A program made the position numbers and the translations under genes. Below the pieces are notes generated by a model that saw nothing but the letters and a program-made list of their open reading frames with translations, was not told the DNA's origin and did no database searches. A DNA stretch of 64,000 nt from Eledone cirrhosa. Its lineage: Eukaryota. The stretch is taken from NCBI GenBank assembly GCA_964016885.1, contig OZ024755.1:16306001-16370000 (forward strand), read 5' to 3'. Shown one piece after another: positions 63,368-64,000 of the stretch (position 1 is its first letter; each line of letters opens with the position of its first letter).

Positions 63368-64000
63368 TCTATATATATAAAACTGTGGTTGTCTGTCTGT
63401 CTATCGATTTTTGGCACACATCTCCTCTTAGAATCTCTCACGGAATTGCACCGAAATTGCTATACTTGTACATTGAGCCCTAGCGAAGACATCGGAAAAA
63501 AAAATTTCAAATTGACCCGCCGTATGTGACGAAATCGAATATAATGTATCGATTTTTGAGCGTAAGTTATCAGTTATTTCCCTTTGTTCTGTTTACATTG
63601 AGCGTCTTACGTAAAAAATTACGCTGGCTTTCTCAGCGTTTAAAATGACATTAACACAATACACGAACAGTTGAACACTAAGCTTCCGTTTTGCTTCATT
63701 TCCATTTAAAAGCATTTTAAAACAATATTTTTACTTGAAAACAAGTCTATTTAAAGACTACGTAAAACAAGCAAATATTTCGTCGTTAGGCGTGCAGACA
63801 GACAGTCGTGCAGACAGACAGTCGTGCAGACAGACAGTCGTGCAGAGAGGTGATATAGGCGTGCAGACAGACAGTCGTGCAGAGAGGTGATATAGGCGTG
63901 CAGACAGACAGTCGTGCAGAGAGTTGATATAGGCGTGCAGACAGACAGTCGTGCAGAGAGGTGATATAGGCGTGCAGACAGACAGTCGTGCAGAGAGGTG
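63368..64000 (+). mobile_element. Probable non-autonomous Helitron 5' part with internal 37-bp minisatellite (63788-64000), running off the window
   Basis: A|TCTATATATATAAAA start followed by GTCTGTCTGTC, typical of invertebrate Helitron 5' ends; the 3' hairpin/CTAG is not in the window. Confidence 0.55.

Overview
AT-rich, microsatellite-saturated animal DNA. The SINE families resemble those I associate with octopus/cephalopods, but that assignment is inference. I find no convincing host protein-coding gene: nearly all long ORFs are translations of (TA)n, (TACA)n, (CA)n or triplet repeats. The window is a dense retroelement landscape in which different microsatellites hold different elements. 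(1) A 595-bp non-coding unit (9694-10757, minus strand) is present as ~1.5 tandem copies plus an inverted segment; each copy carries a type I hammerhead ribozyme with a U3-A8 core variant. This is a retrozyme-like candidate that could release a 595-nt (possibly circular) RNA. (2) About seven other distinct hammerhead or hammerhead-half motifs lie mostly next to TA tracts, plus a decayed Penelope GIY-YIG ORF. (3) There are seven copies of a young ~608-bp non-autonomous RTE-like element in TA/TATG tracts, whose first ~82 nt can be drawn as an HDV-like pseudoknot. (4) Four L1/Tx1-like 3' fragments all sit in (GATA/GACA)n in the same orientation. The rest is tRNA-derived SINEs, hAT/piggyBac MITEs, RTE and CRE relics, a foldback with two tRNA-like arms, minisatellites, a ~3.6-kb almost pure A/T tract and a probable Helitron at the right edge. 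All folds and coordinates were read by eye, so boundaries may be off by a few bases.
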